A stretch of 64,000 nucleotides of DNA, taken from contig OX597815.1 in assembly GCA_951406725.2 (NCBI GenBank), positions 191,456,001-191,520,000 of the forward strand, in the 5' to 3' direction. A model generated the notes under the pieces. That model ran no database searches, was not told where the DNA came from, and worked only from the letters and a program-made list of their open reading frames with translations. The translations under genes and the position numbers were made by a program. Position 1 is the first letter of the stretch. Each line of letters begins with the position of its first letter. Of this stretch, positions 25,013-38,948 are shown in pieces. The stretch comes from Octopus vulgaris. Taxonomy: Eukaryota.

Positions 25013-25646
25013 GGTAAATACACACGTTATGCTACGAGAACCAGAAACTAGATGTAGTGATAGTGGTATAAAACACATTGATAGCAATTTATCACAGACA
25101 GCATTACCAGATGAGCTGAAACTTGTTACTGACAGCTGGGGAAGCTAAAAGTCCGAAAGGTGCTTTTTATTTGAAATTATTATCAGCGAATTGATAGAAT
25201 TGTTAGCGCCGGACAAATCCCATTGAAATGAAATTTGCCATTCATCTTTTTAGGATCGATTAAAACATGAAGCACCAGTAAAATACTGACCCGATTCATA
25301 TGGCTAGAATGCATGTAAAGAAAACAATTCATAAATCTAAAATGAAAGTAAATATATGGCAAGGGAAGTAACTCCCATTAATTAATCAAAGGGAGATAAT
25401 ATTCACTGCTTGAGAATAACACAGGAATCCCTACCCCTACTCGCATTGCGGAGTTGGTGAGTTCCTGAAAAAAATCTGTCGTAACGCGAAAACTATTTTC
25501 CCACAGATTTTCATGTTATACAACAATCCCTCGACTATCGCGGGTATTATGTTCCAAAACCCACCGCGATAGGTGAAAATCCGCGAAGTAGAAACACTAC
25601 TGTAATGTAATGTGTATTTAAAAAAATTATTTTCATAATTTGTATA

Positions 25647-25870
25647 TCTCTCTCTCTATATATAAAGCTGAAGTTGTCTGTGTATGGCAGGTTTGTTAGC
25701 CTTCAACTAACACTATCTCCTCCGAGACCCTGCGGCACAAGTTGACCAAAATTGAGAGTATGACAGAAGAAGGCTTGCTCTTCCTTCCGTAGAAGAAAAA
25801 ATTCAAATCGGACCATGTTAACACCAAAAATTATTTACATCAAAAAGTTGTTTTTTTCTATGCCAGCATG
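25647..25870 (+). mobile_element. Helitron 5' fragment inserted in a Tigger-like MITE remnant (~25520-25646)
   Basis: TCTCTCTCTCTATATATAAAG start like the other Helitrons; host sequence matches the MITE at 60087. Confidence 0.65.
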
Positions 25871-26034
25871 GAAAATGAGCATGAAATGAGGAATTATTTC
25901 ATTCTCTTTCCAAATCCTGCTGCATTTCACATAGAATCTTTGTTCCTCTGAAGTTGTCTTGGTGTATAAGTCGACCCCAGGACTTATTTTTTGTAAGCAT
26001 CGGTTGTCAAGCAATGTTCGGGGGACAAACACAG

Positions 26035-26066
<32 letters not shown>

Positions 26067-26819
26067 GACGGGCTTCTTTCAGTTTCCGTCTACCAAATCC
26101 ACTCACAAGGCTTTGGTTGGCCTGAGGCTATAGTAGAAGACACTTGCCCAAGGTGCCACGCAGTGGGACTGAACCTGGAACCATGTGGTTGGTAAGCAAG
26201 CTACTTACCACACAGCCACTCCTACGCCTATCAATTTTGACTTTTATGCTGGTAGTGTGGTTCATACATTCAGTATGAGGCATTGAAAACTGATTAGGGG
26301 ACATGGGCTTTCCACTCTTTAGCTAGTTGAATAGGTGAAAGGGGAGAATTTTGTGAAATGGAGAAACACTAATAATGGTCCCTAACATAGGTAGAAGACA
26401 CAAATGATGGGTAAGGCAACAATTTATTAAATCAACCCCCACCTCCGGGAATTGAATGATACTTTAGTTGCCTCCTTCTCTCCAAAGATGGGCAAAAAGC
26501 AAACATGATTTGACTCATGTTCATAATTCTGACAATAATTTAATTTATCGTTATTCTAAGTTTGGAAGAAAAACAGAAGATAACTGGGAAAAATTAAAGA
26601 GGATTAGAAAATGCAGCTTTATGAGATTTAGACCGTATTAACTCTTTAACATTCAGTTTTACTGTCAAATGTAATATCTATTCACATGAATTTGAATTAG
26701 TCATGCATTATCTTGCAGCTTTTAAATTTCAATAATGTGATTGTTTATTTTTAGAATAATGTAGGGGAAATGTAAGAGGTCAAATCTGGTCAGTTTCAAC
26801 ATAAAGGAGAAATGTTTCT

Positions 26820-27037
26820 TTATCAAGCCATGGCCAGGTTTCAGTGGCATACAAATTCCTCACCTGGATGGGACACCAATCCGTCGCAGGATTGCTCGCT
26901 TTTGCCAGCTGAGTGGACTGGAGCAGTGAGAAATTAAGTGTTTTGCTCAAGAACACAATGCATTGCCTGGTCCAGGAATCGAAACCACAACCTTACAATC
27001 ACAAGTCCAACACCTTAACCAGAGCCATGCGTCTCCA
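26820..27037 (-). mobile_element. older tRNA/CORE-like SINE (family E)
   Basis: GGTTTCGATTCC B box followed by GTGTTCTTGAGCAAAACACTTAA on - strand. Confidence 0.6.
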
Positions 27038-27670
27038 CCATAAAACAGATAAAATATTTTCGCTGGATATGGCTGGATTAATCATCATCATCGTTTAACG
27101 TCCGTTCTCCATGCTAGCATAGGTTGGACGGTTCGACTGGGGATCTGGAAAGCCAGAAGGCTGCACCAGGCTCCAGTCTTATCTGGCAATGTTTCTACAG
27201 CTGGATGCCCTTCCTAACGCCAACCACTCCGTGAGTGTAGTGGGTGCTTTTACGTGCCACCTGCACAGGTGCCAGGCGAGGCTGGCAACGGCCACGGTCG
27301 GATTGGTGTATTTTATGTGCCACCGGCACGGAAGCCAGTCGAGGCGGTGCTGGCATCATTAAAGGTTTAACCTTTCATTACTGTATTTATTTTGAGATGC
27401 TCTGTTTCTTTCAATTACTTTAAATATAACAAAGAATTTAGTAAAATAACTTAGTTATCATTCAGCTAGGTGTTAGGAACTTAAATTGTGACTAAGGTTT
27501 GGTGGAAGATTTTAATTCAGAACTTATGAAAACAGGACATTTGTACTCAGTACCAGAGCCGGTTTCAGCCGGGTTGCTAACGAAAGGGTTAAGACAATAC
27601 AATACATACTCAATCCATGCATAACGAATGCCACAAAAACACAAATTAATTATGGATACAACTTAATTAC

Positions 27671-28758
27671 CTAAATTTGTAGGGAATAACTCGCCGTCGA
27701 GCTGGAACTTTCCCTGATCTTCTCTCAATTTCATAATCATTAGCCTGAACTCCAATTTCCACACTAATTGGAGTGAGAGGCTTCCTCAGCACCATTTCAT
27801 TTTCTTTCGTGACCGATCCATTGCCATTACTGTCCTCAGTCTGGTTATTATTGCACGTACTACTTACTTGTTCAGCACTCTTGTTATTAACATTACCTAA
27901 ATTGTTCTGCAAGATTGATATTGCAATTAAAGTCTCTGCAGTGATTGCATCTTCACAATTAGTTCCAATCTTTGTACCATTCTCACCAGTGGTGGAATGT
28001 TTCCCATCCGGAACAACAGAATCGGTGTTTTTGGTATCAGCACTTTCGCTAGAATTAGATTGTGTTTTTTCTATCTCTGTATCCACAGTTTCGGTGGCTG
28101 AATCATTTACACTTTTGGAATGCGAAAGATTGTTAGAATTATTCCATTCTGACACCTCTTTTACTGATACTGCTTTTGATTCTGTATTCTGGCATGCAGT
28201 AATTGATACCGACACAGGAACCAGAATTATATCCTTACATTCAATTGTGCTAGAGTCTTTTTGAACATCATTGACAACATCAACCTTTTCCACAATGGTC
28301 TCCACCGGTAGCGGCGTTTCATTGGCAACATTCATAAGATTATTTTCTACTATTTCAACAGATTCTATCGTCTGACTGGAATCATCAGTTTTCCTATCTC
28401 TTAAAGTGATATAATTACCAACAACTGGTGAAGCAGTTATGGCCGTTTCAATGTCTTCCTTTGCAGAAATTAAGTTACTATCTGCTTGAGGTAGGTCTAC
28501 CTTGGCAGCAGAACTCTCTTCATTTTTGGCACAATTCTCCTGATCCTCATTGACATGCTCAGAGCCTTCATTACCTACACTGTTTTCTGATGTTACTTGA
28601 ATCACCGTTTTGGGCTCTGGGCAAGCTTCTGTTGCGCTATCTGAAGATGAGGAATTGTTGACAACATTTGAAGAGTTGTTTTTATAACTATTTTCTTCAT
28701 TTGTCGTGGAAGGTGGTTCCAATACATTGCAGGTAGCTTCAAGGGTGCACGTTTCCAT
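27671..28758 (-). CDS. zinc-finger gene exon 2, coding part (acidic, S/N/E/T-rich disordered N-terminus)
   Basis: 363-aa ORF from ATG 28758 with upstream in-frame TAA; donor TTTAG|gtaatt at 27670 (phase 2); likely exon acceptor tttcttgtttcag| at 28836. Confidence 0.9.
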
Positions 28759-28859
28759 CTTTACTAAATGAGTGCAGAAGAAAAGTTGCAGTTTTTAAAG
28801 CAGGGATCTATTATAAGTCATATCACAGCAAATGGCCTGAAACAAGAAACAAAAATGGA

Positions 28860-28991
28860 AAATTATAAGCATAAAAATGTAAAGATGAATCTAAATGAAA
28901 ATGGTAGACTGGCAAAAATAATAAAAAATTATAAGCATAAAAATGTAGAGATGAAACTAATTGAAAACGGTAGACTGGCAAAAATTATTAA
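28860..28991. repeat. 2 x 66-bp tandem duplication just upstream of the exon 2 acceptor
   Basis: AAATTATAAGCATAAAAATGTA...GGTAGACTGGCAAAAAT repeated twice. Confidence 0.85.
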
Positions 28992-29166
28992 AAAAACTCA
29001 ATAGGCGCAGGAGTGGCTGTGTGATAAGTAGTTTGCTAACCAACCACATGGTTCCGGGTTCAGTCCCACTGCGTGGCATCTTGGGCAAGTGTCTTCTGTT
29101 ATAGCCCCGGGCCGACCAATGCCTTGTGAGTGAATTTGGTAGACGGAAACTGAAAGAAGCCTGTCG

Positions 29167-29197
<31 letters not shown>

Positions 29198-31337
29198 TTG
29201 TGTGTCTGTGTTTGTCCCCCTAGCATTGCTTGACAACCGATGCTTGTGTGTTTACGTCCCCGTCACTTAGCGGTTCGGCAAAAGAGACCGATAGAATAAG
29301 TACTGGGCTTACAAAAGAATAAGCCCCGGGGTCGAGTTGCTCGACTAAAGGCGGTGCTCCAGCATGGCCGCAGTCAAATGACTGAAACAAGCAAAAGAGT
29401 AAGTAGATTGGTAATTAGTTACTAAGATAGCTCGTAAAGATGAAAGACCAAGTAGACTCTGATAAAATATGGAATGAAAACAAAATCATAAATGAATACC
29501 GAGCTTTGAAAGGTTTTTTTAAGGGTCAATGTTTAATTTGTTTTATGATAAGATAGGAAAATCTGATTCCTGAACAGTAGCATTTCAAGATTAAAAGGTA
29601 GCGAGCTGGCAGAAACGTTAGCATGCCAGGTGAAATGCTTAATGGTATTTCGTTGTGAGTTCAAATTCCGCCGAGGTCGACTTTACTTTTCATCCTTTCG
29701 GGGTTGATAAATTAAGTACTAGTTACGCACTGGGGTCGATGTAATCGACTTAATGCCTATGTCTGTCCTTGTTTGTCCCTTCTATGTTTAGCCCCTTGTG
29801 GGTAATAAATAAATAGGTATTTCGTCTGTCCTTACGTTCTGAGTTCAAATTCCACCAAGGTCGACTTTACTTTTCATCCTTTCGGGGTTGATAAATTAAG
29901 TACTAGTTACGCACTGGGGTCGATGTAATCGACTTAATACCTATGTCTGTCCTTGTTTGTCCCTTCTATGTTTAGCCCCTTGTGGGTAATAAAGAAATAG
30001 GTATTTTGTCTGTCCTTACGTTCTGAGTTCAAATTCCACCAAGGTCGACTTTACTTTTCATCCTTTCGGGGTTGATAAATTAAGTACCAGTTGCATACTG
30101 TGGTTGATCTGATTGACTGCCCCACCACCACCACCACCAATTTCAGGCCTTGTGCTTAGGGCAGAAAAGAATATTTGCTGTCAGCGCCGTGTAAAAGCAC
30201 CCCAATACACTCTGTGAAGTGGTTGGCATTAGAAATGGCATGCAGCTATAAGAAACCATACCAAGACAGACAACCAGAGCCCGGTGCAGTTCTCCGGCTT
30301 CCCATCTCTGGTCAACCCATCCAATCCAGGCCAGCATAGGAAACGGATGTTAAATGATGATCATGATGATGATGATGTAGTCTTATCCTTCTAGGGTTCA
30401 GGTTATTCTGTTAAATGTAATGCTTATTTATTCACATTGTTCTGAATTAATCACGAATTATCTCGTAGCTTCAAGATTCTAATAACGCAGTAGTTTATTT
30501 TTAGAATGATATTGTAGGGTAGGTGTGAAAGGCCAGATCTGGCCAGTTTGAACATAAAACAGGTAGAAAATTTGGGGCCAGATATGGCTTAAAGGATTAA
30601 GCTAATGACAAACCAACAACAGTCCCTACACAGATTGCTTGACCTGCTACAGAAAGCAGCCAAATATCACTTACTTTTGCACCCTAACATCTGATCTTGG
30701 TCACTGCTTCCATGAGGCCCAACACTCGAAAGGAACTCAGCCACTTTGTCTCCATGAGGCCCAATGCTCGAAAGGAACTCGGCCACTTTGCCTCTGTGAG
30801 GCCCAGCATTCGAAAGGAACTCAGCACTTTGCCTCTGTCCAAAGCAATTTCCTAAGTTTGTCCCTAAACATCCATGCCTCTTTTCATACTTTTTGTTAAC
30901 CCTTTGTTTCATAACTTCTGAGTACTATAAACCTTTCCTTTCCTAAGTCCCTAGTTATTCTGGTGGTTGAACAAAAAATCGAGAATAGATATCACATATG
31001 ATGCTTGGACGCCAGGAAAACATCGTCCTGTGTCTCATATGCGATACACTAGACAGGCAACACGTTAAGAGGAACAGCAGTTAAACCATTCTCAAATTAC
31101 AAATTGCCATCTTAAAAAGGGAAGGACATGTATATCATACTGAAATCATTCTTCTTCATTACAGAAAATCTTCATAGTGCAGGCGTGGCTGTGTGGTAAG
31201 AAGTTTACTTCCCAGCCACATGGTTCCAGGTTCAGCCTCACTGCATGGCACCTTAGGTAAATGTTTTCTACTATAGCCTTGGGCTGACCAAAGCCTTGCG
31301 GGTGGATTTGGTAGATGGAAACTGAAGGAAGCCTGTC

Positions 31338-31372
<35 letters not shown>

Positions 31373-34300
31373 TCAAGATCTTTGGCGATATGCTTTGCTT
31401 AAGAGGGTCCATCAAGTCAAGTGCACCCATACTGGCAGCACATAATAAAAAGAAAAACCTTTGAATATTGGGCCTGACGGAGGCAAAGTGGCAAAGTTCC
31501 TTTCAAGTGTTGGGCCTCATGGAGGCAATGACTGAGACTTTTAGCATTATGTTGTGCTTGAGAAGAAGACCCATGAAGCTGAGCAAAATCACAATCATGG
31601 CAGACACTGGTGTCACGCAATTGGCACCCATGCTGGTAGCACAGAAAAGTACTCACTACACTCTTCTTGTTGTTGTTAAGCAACTTTGGTTGTCTTGTTG
31701 TAGTCGAGGGCTCTTCGTTGATGCCTGACACCACTGGGAGGTGACCCTTGAAGTCGCTGGAAATGGAGATCTCCAGGTCCAAATTCTTGAACGGCACTCA
31801 CTAGACTCTCGGAGTGGCTGGTAGAGGCCATCCAGCTGTGGAAAACCATGCCAAATCAGACTGGAGCCTGGTGTAAACCTTCCAGCATGGACAACGGACA
31901 TTAAATGATAATGACATGTGTATGTGATTGACCACCCCCCACTTGACAATTAGTGTTGGTTTGTTTATATCACTGTAACTTAGCAGTTTGGCAAAAGAGA
32001 CTTATAGAATAAGTGCCAGGCTTAAGAAGCAATTTTTTTGTAAATTTTTCAAGGTGGTGCTCCAGTATGGCTGCAGTTTAATAACTGAAACAAAAGTAAA
32101 CCAAAATAAAAAAAAAATTTACAGTCAGAGAATCCCTGCTACACATCTCACTTTTCACACACACACACACACACATCTTTAGATAATCTGTTGGAGAGAG
32201 TGAGATGAGAGGAGAAAAAGAGGAAAGTAGGGCGAGAGAGAAAGAGAGAGAGAGAGAGAGAAGAGGATGAAAGTGATACACCTAATGATAGGAAGGTTTT
32301 TAACTTCTCCAGAAGTAATATCATCTCACAAGATGAACTCCCAGCATCAGGTTATGTAGATAACAGAGCTTACTTGATATTCACAGGAAGCTACTTAAGC
32401 AGTTAATATTCATAAGGTTTTTATTCTGTATTACATTATTATGTTCAGGTACAGTTCTGCTTTGTGATCACCTGTCAAGGATAACACCACACCTTTACTG
32501 CATGGGTATTATTTACGCTTTTCTGTTTTTCTAACACCGTTAACATGGAGAGGAAAGGCAATGATTATCACCACTGAAGAACTTCCCGGCCTAGCGAAGG
32601 AGATGATGTAGTTAATGTTCAGATTAAATTTCTGCAGGTAGCCATGAGCAGGGAGGGAGTTTTCAGAGAGTTGCATTTCGAGGGAATAGATGTTTAGTAG
32701 GTAAGATTTGTAGGTGAGACATAGGAAGGAAGATAAGAAGGGTTTTATTTGATCCTTTCACACCACAAAATTTTCACTAAAAAAAAAAAAAAAGGATTTT
32801 TTGCGTGGAATCAAGTACCCTGACTTCATAATATGCTGCAAACCCCTTATTTTTGTTAGGAATCATTGGAAATGGAAAATGTTTTTTTTTCATTGAATGA
32901 ATTCCAGTGACCTCCTAGTATGCTACAAAACCCTTTTTTGGGTCCAGAAGGTTGGGTGGGGTGAGGTGGACGCCTCGGAAATTTCACCCCCCAACCTCAT
33001 TGATCTTTTCACCTGCATGATTTTTCACTAAGGTAAAAAAAAACAAAAAAAAACTAGGCAGGGTGTTATGTGTGAGATGGGGTTATATTGCTTGCCAGTT
33101 CAGAGGAGCATATTAGTTACAGAAGGCGAGACAGAGAGATAGGGAATGTTAGTGCAGTAATGGTTGTGGTAAGTTAATGAATGCTAATCAACAGAGATCT
33201 TTTTAGTTGATAAGGGTTACTACTAGGATCTAAAATATGTGTCGGTGCAGGTGTGGCTGTGAGGTAAGAAATTTGCTTCCCAACCATGTGGTTCTGTCTT
33301 CTACTATAACTCTGGGCTGACTAAAGCCTTGCAAGTTAATTCGGTAGACGGAAACTGAAAGAAGCTCATCATATATCATCATCATCATTTAATGTCTGTT
33401 GTCCATGTTGGTATGGGGTGGATGGCTTGACCAGGGCTGGTAAGCTGGAAGGCTGCATCAGATGCCAATCTGATTTGACATAGTTTTCTACAGCTGGATG
33501 CCCTTCCTAACACCAACCACCCTGAGAGTGTAATGGGTACTTTTACAAGCCACTAGCACGGGTACTATTTGCATGACACCAGTCTATACCACGACTGCAA
33601 TTTTGCTCGGCTTGATGGGTCTTCTTCTCAAGCACAACATAATGCCAAAGGTCTTGGTCATTGCCTCCGTGAGGCCCAACACTTGAAAGGAACTCTGCCA
33701 CATGCGCACGTGTGTGTTTGTCCCCACCCCTGCATTACAACTTGTGATGGTTTGTTTATGTCTTAGCTATTTGGTAAAAGAAACTGATAGAATAAGTAAG
33801 AGCCTTACAAAAAAAAAAAAGCACTGGGGTTGATTCATCGACTAAAAATTCTTCAAAGCAGTGCCCCAGCATGGCCACAGTCTAATGACTGAAACAAGTA
33901 AAAGACCCGCCACTAAACTGGTGCCCTACGTAATCCCTAACCTTATGCTTTAATAGTAAACATGCATCCATATAATACATATGTATGTATGGACAAGCTT
34001 GACTGGCTTCTGTGCCGGTGGCACGTTAAAAGCACCAACCGATCGTGGCCGCTGCCAGACTCCCCTGGCACGTAAAAAGCACCCACCACACTCACGGAGT
34101 GGTTGGCATTAGGAAGGGCATCCAGCTGTAGAAACACTGCCAGATCAGACTGGAGCCTGGTGCAGCCTCCTGGCTTCCCAGACCCCGGTCGAACCGTCCA
34201 ACCCATGCTAGCATGGAAAACAGACGTTAAACGATGATGATGTATGGACAAGCATGGGAATAATGTGATGGACCAGCTTCTCGTGTAGTCTCTGACCCAG

Positions 34301-36274
34301 CAAATCATCATTATTTAATGTGCATGTTTCATGTTGGTTTGGGGTCCATGTAAGATTTTGCTGCTAAAATTTATATGCAATAAACTGGTTATAATAATAT
34401 AATATAATGAAATTATTGTATACAGTGCTCAGGTGCACCACAACTTGTTAGAAAGTGCATATAAAGTACATGCAGTAATGTACAAATGTCTGGAAAGTGA
34501 ACAATGTATGAGTCAGATACATGCTTGCGTGTGTATGGAGGGGAGAAAATCAAGTGTAGTGTTGGCGAATCTCAGGAAGCATGGAAGCCTTGAAGGATGC
34601 AGTGCTCCGACAACTAACAACCGACGCCGGCAGTTTGTTCCATGCTTCAGCAACTCTCATACTTTTACAATACACAAAATATTTTACTTGTTTGCTTAGG
34701 GAGTGGAAACAGACACATTATAACTAAAAGAAGTTCAAACCCTGATCACTCCAGCTTTTTTCCTCGCAGACATATTATCCTTCCTATGTTTTTTTTAAAC
34801 AATAACAGGATGCAATTTGAATGACATTTGGTTGCTATTTCATGAAGTCAAGTGGCCACATAAAGGCTGGATCTCTATGCAACTAACTGGGAGAAGTGAC
34901 ATCTGCCTAGTGGCCTCAATGTTTTATATCTCATTCCTGGTGACATACTTAATGTCTTAATGACATTTTCTTAACTATAAATAATGTCTCTTCAGCTGGG
35001 AGGGTTTTTTAAATGATGCTTAAATTGTGCTTAGATCAAATTCCATGCAATGAAGAGACGAGAGATAAAAGATTCCCCTGTATAGGTTGCTTTTCTAGCT
35101 GAGATTGTGGTTTAGCCCCAGATCAAGCAGAAACAGTCATATCATCAAAGGTATCCCAGCCATAACCATTATGGCATGGCTGTGTGGTTCGGGAGCTTGC
35201 TTCCTAGCTATATGGTTTCAGGTTCAGTCCCACTGCGTGGCACTTTGGGCAGGTGTCTTCCACTATAGCCCCGAGTCGACCGAAGCTTTGTAAATGAATT
35301 CGGTAGGTGGAAGTTACTGCCGTGTGTGTATGTGTGCGTATAGCTGCTCAGCGCCTCTCCGAAAGAGAGAGAGGGAGACATAATATCTTTGTCTTCAGTT
35401 AACGTCCGTTGTCCATGCTGGCATGGGTTGGATGGCATGACCAGACTGGTACTCTGGAAGGCTGCACCAGACTCCAGTCTGATATGGTTTTCTATGGCTG
35501 GATACCCTTCCTAACGCCGGCCTCTCTGAGGCTTTTACATGTCACTGGCACAGGTGCCATTTGCGTGACACTGGAGTGCTTTTATGTGCCACTGGCATGA
35601 GTACCAATTTGTGTGATACTGGTATCTGCCACGACTTGATGGGTCTTCTCAAGCACGACATAATACCAAAGGTCTCGATCATTCCCTCCGTGAGGCCCAC
35701 CACTCAGCCACTTTGTCTCCGTGAGGCCCAACAATACTATTCAATATGTCCCCCTTCTTTTTTAAAGACAATAGGAATATTATTTGTGGGAGATCTGGCT
35801 GCTGTTTCTAGCAGTTTGATTAATCACACAGGCTCTATTTTTGGTTCATGTGGCTGACGTAACATTCTCAGATGACCTGATTCTTATCTCCCTCTCTAGT
35901 AGACTGATAAGCAGCACATATAATTATGTGCACCGCTCTCAAGTGCTCAGTAACACACTCTGTAAGTAGACTAAGCTGAAGACCTACAACTTGGTTGTCC
36001 AATAACTTATTTATCAACTCTCAAAAACAGTGCTGGATTGGACTCAGTGAGGCCTTAACCCTTTCGTTACCAACCCGGCTGAAACCGGCTCTGAGTACAG
36101 ATGTCTTGTTTTCATAAGTCTTGAATTAAAATCTCCCACGAAACCTTAGTCACAATTTATGTTCCTAACACTAGCTTAATGATAACTAAGTTATTTTACT
36201 AAATTCTTTGTTATATTTGAAGTAATTGAAAAAAAAACAGAGCATCTCAAAATAAATACAGTAACGAAAGGGTT

Positions 36275-36665
36275 AAGGTATATAAAACCTGGAGGCACCT
36301 CGTTAAAAATATTGCACCTGAAGATCTACAACACAAAGGACACCGAAAGAGCCATGTTAAGAATATCACTAAGAGAATACATTTGAAATGAGATAATTTG
36401 AGAATGGAGTTGAGTGAATGATATGACTGCAAAATGCTGAAAGGGCAGATTGTGCTAGGCCAGACATGTTGTAAGGTTCGCAGATAATAGGTGGAATCAT
36501 GCAGTTTCCAAGTAGTATCAAAAAGATGGGGAAAAGGCCCCTTGGAAGGCCTCCGCTCCAATTGGAAGATGATTTAGTTAAACAATTTGGGTCAGTATGG
36601 AAAAGAATGGTACAATCAAGAGAGAGGTGACTAGCAGTGTATGACAGCATCTGAAAGTCTTGTTG
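36275..36665 (+). mobile_element. decayed RTE-like C-terminal fragment
   Basis: KRPLGRPP..WEDDL-like motif with frameshifts. Confidence 0.5.
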
Positions 36666-36877
36666 ATACTGTGATTTCACTGCGCACTTTTATGCTCAAA
36701 TTCTGTGAAAAACTTCAGTAGAACAACAGAGACCATGAGGTGACTGACTGAATTGTTTGAACAATTCTCTGGAGCATTGAGTTGCTGCCCTTATGTTCTT
36801 ACAAAGGCCAACTTTGCATTCCATTCTTCTGGGCAGTGCTGCATCCAGACATAAACTAAATAAGCTATAGCTTGGAG

Positions 36878-37047
36878 CAGTGCTCCGCAACCTTTTTTTC
36901 ACTTGTGGTACACTTGTATTTTTTTCAAAATTCGGCAGCACACCTAAACTAAAAATATAACTAAAGTATAGGAGGAAAAAAAGTAATTATATTCAGGTTA
37001 CATTGTGGCACACCAGCATGCTGTGGCATACAGGTTGTAGAGCACTA
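36878..37047. mobile_element. hAT-like MITE (partial copy at ~6127-6210)
   Basis: CAGTGCTCCGCAACC ... GGTTGTAGAGCACTA; GCTTGGAG/GCTTAGAC flanks. Confidence 0.65.
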
Positions 37048-37247
37048 GCTTAGACTTACAAACTATAGGGCTGTAAAATAGAAAAGAATCCGTTTTCAAT
37101 ATCTGAGATATTCTGATGCATTTTTTCTAACAAGGCACCTGCGAGCTTTATATACCTTAGGGACCACACGAAGTCTAAATCTAGTACTGTTTTTGAAGGT
37201 CTGTAATAGAAGTATAAGTACTAGATTGATAAAATATTCCTATAAGG

Positions 37248-37512
37248 CAGTAGTTCCCAAACTTTTAAGGTTACTGCCCCTCTGGGACCCAGTCCACATT
37301 CCTCGCCCCTCCCCTCCCCACCACAAATATAGACCACTTTCTGCAGCAAATTCAAAATTTGTATTTCACAAATAATTCTTTAACCTAAGTAGCTTATATA
37401 TATATATATATATTACATCTATCACCCTATTATCATCCAACTTTTCTTCAACACTCCTCTGGATCGTTCCACTGCCCAGAAGGGGCAGTATTACCCACTT
37501 TGGGAACCACTG
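37248..37512. mobile_element. hAT (Charlie-like) MITE
   Basis: CAGTAGTTCCCAAA ... TTTGGGAACCACTG TIRs with a degenerate 8-bp TSD (CTATAAGG/CTCTAAAG). Confidence 0.75.
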
Positions 37513-38948
37513 CTCTAAAGCAGCCTAGTTATGAATGCAACTATAACAGAACTTTTAAAACATCTTTATTCGGAGCATGACTTGTTTTAACCGAGTTGCC
37601 CCTTCCACTTCAAACAAGGACAAGTTACAGAAAACATCGGAACATCCTAGAGGCGCCAAATAACAAAATACAAAAAGCAAGTATTAATTAAACCTAAGTT
37701 ACCAGAACCTTATAATACATTTAAGACCCAAAATAGTTAAGTACCAAATTAAAAAATATATTCGAGTGTTTGAATTATCAGTTATATATAGGTTTGAATA
37801 AAATACAAAAGTGTACCTAAGTTGTAATATATACTTTATATACACAATATTCCATTACTATTCTCAGTAATCCTTTAACACCGTTTTCCATGCTGATATG
37901 GAATGGACTGGTTTTCTGAGGCTGTGTTGATAGCAAGATGCCCTTCCTGTCGCCTTTTGTAATATACAGGGACATGGTGGGTATATTCTAAAATAGGGAA
38001 ACACACGGTATTGAATGCACATCTGCGGAGTATTTAAATAATGTGCAGATATGTGTATATTTATCCTTTTAAATTTAACATACACATTCATTATTCCTTT
38101 TGATACCTAACAAAGTGGTTTCTTGTAAAATATTAAAATCCACACATTCCAATTAGACGTAACGAAATGTTTCACCTATTTGCGAAAATAAATAAATTAC
38201 GAAGTTGAACACTTTGTCCTAAATACCAGCTTCTTAGTTTATTTTCATTTTGCATCCTTCATAGCTTGCAGGTTCGACGAAAGGAAATTCTATCACGAAA
38301 TATAATAGTACCACACGTATACATAACATGAAAATAGAATAAACTTTACTAGATGTATTGAGTACTGTTCGCAACTTTAAATACCTTATGCATGTATATA
38401 TATATAAATATATATGTATGAGTGTAAATATATACACTCATATATATATATATATTTATTTATATAATATATATATATATTATATATAAAAATACGTGAA
38501 CACAATTATGTTTGCTTGTATTCAAAACAATTAAAAGCTACGTTCATTTCAGAACGGTAGATATTTTTTCCCAGCTTCCTTTAACATATATATATATACT
38601 CTGTTCCATTTTTAAAAGTTCTCTTTTTTTTTATCCGACCCCCTTTTTCAGTTTTCTTAATTGTTTAAATGCAAAAGAATCTAATACAAATAAGAGAGAA
38701 TAAGAGACGAACAAGACACATCGAAATGACAACAACATGACATGAAGAAGGCCTCTCATTTCAAAGAAAAAACACCTCCAGTCCACTTACGACATTGAAT
38801 ATTATATAGAAAACCAGTTGTATTCGGGTTCTAGTATCCCTTGGATGAAGAAAAAAAATAGCAACTTTGGCGGAAAAAAAAAGCCACAAACAATAATTTT
38901 ATTCTAAATATAATTGGATATTTAAAAAAATAAATATATGCAACTTAC

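Noticed and set aside
27773-28264. 163-aa plus-strand ORF
   Set aside because: Antisense shadow of exon 2
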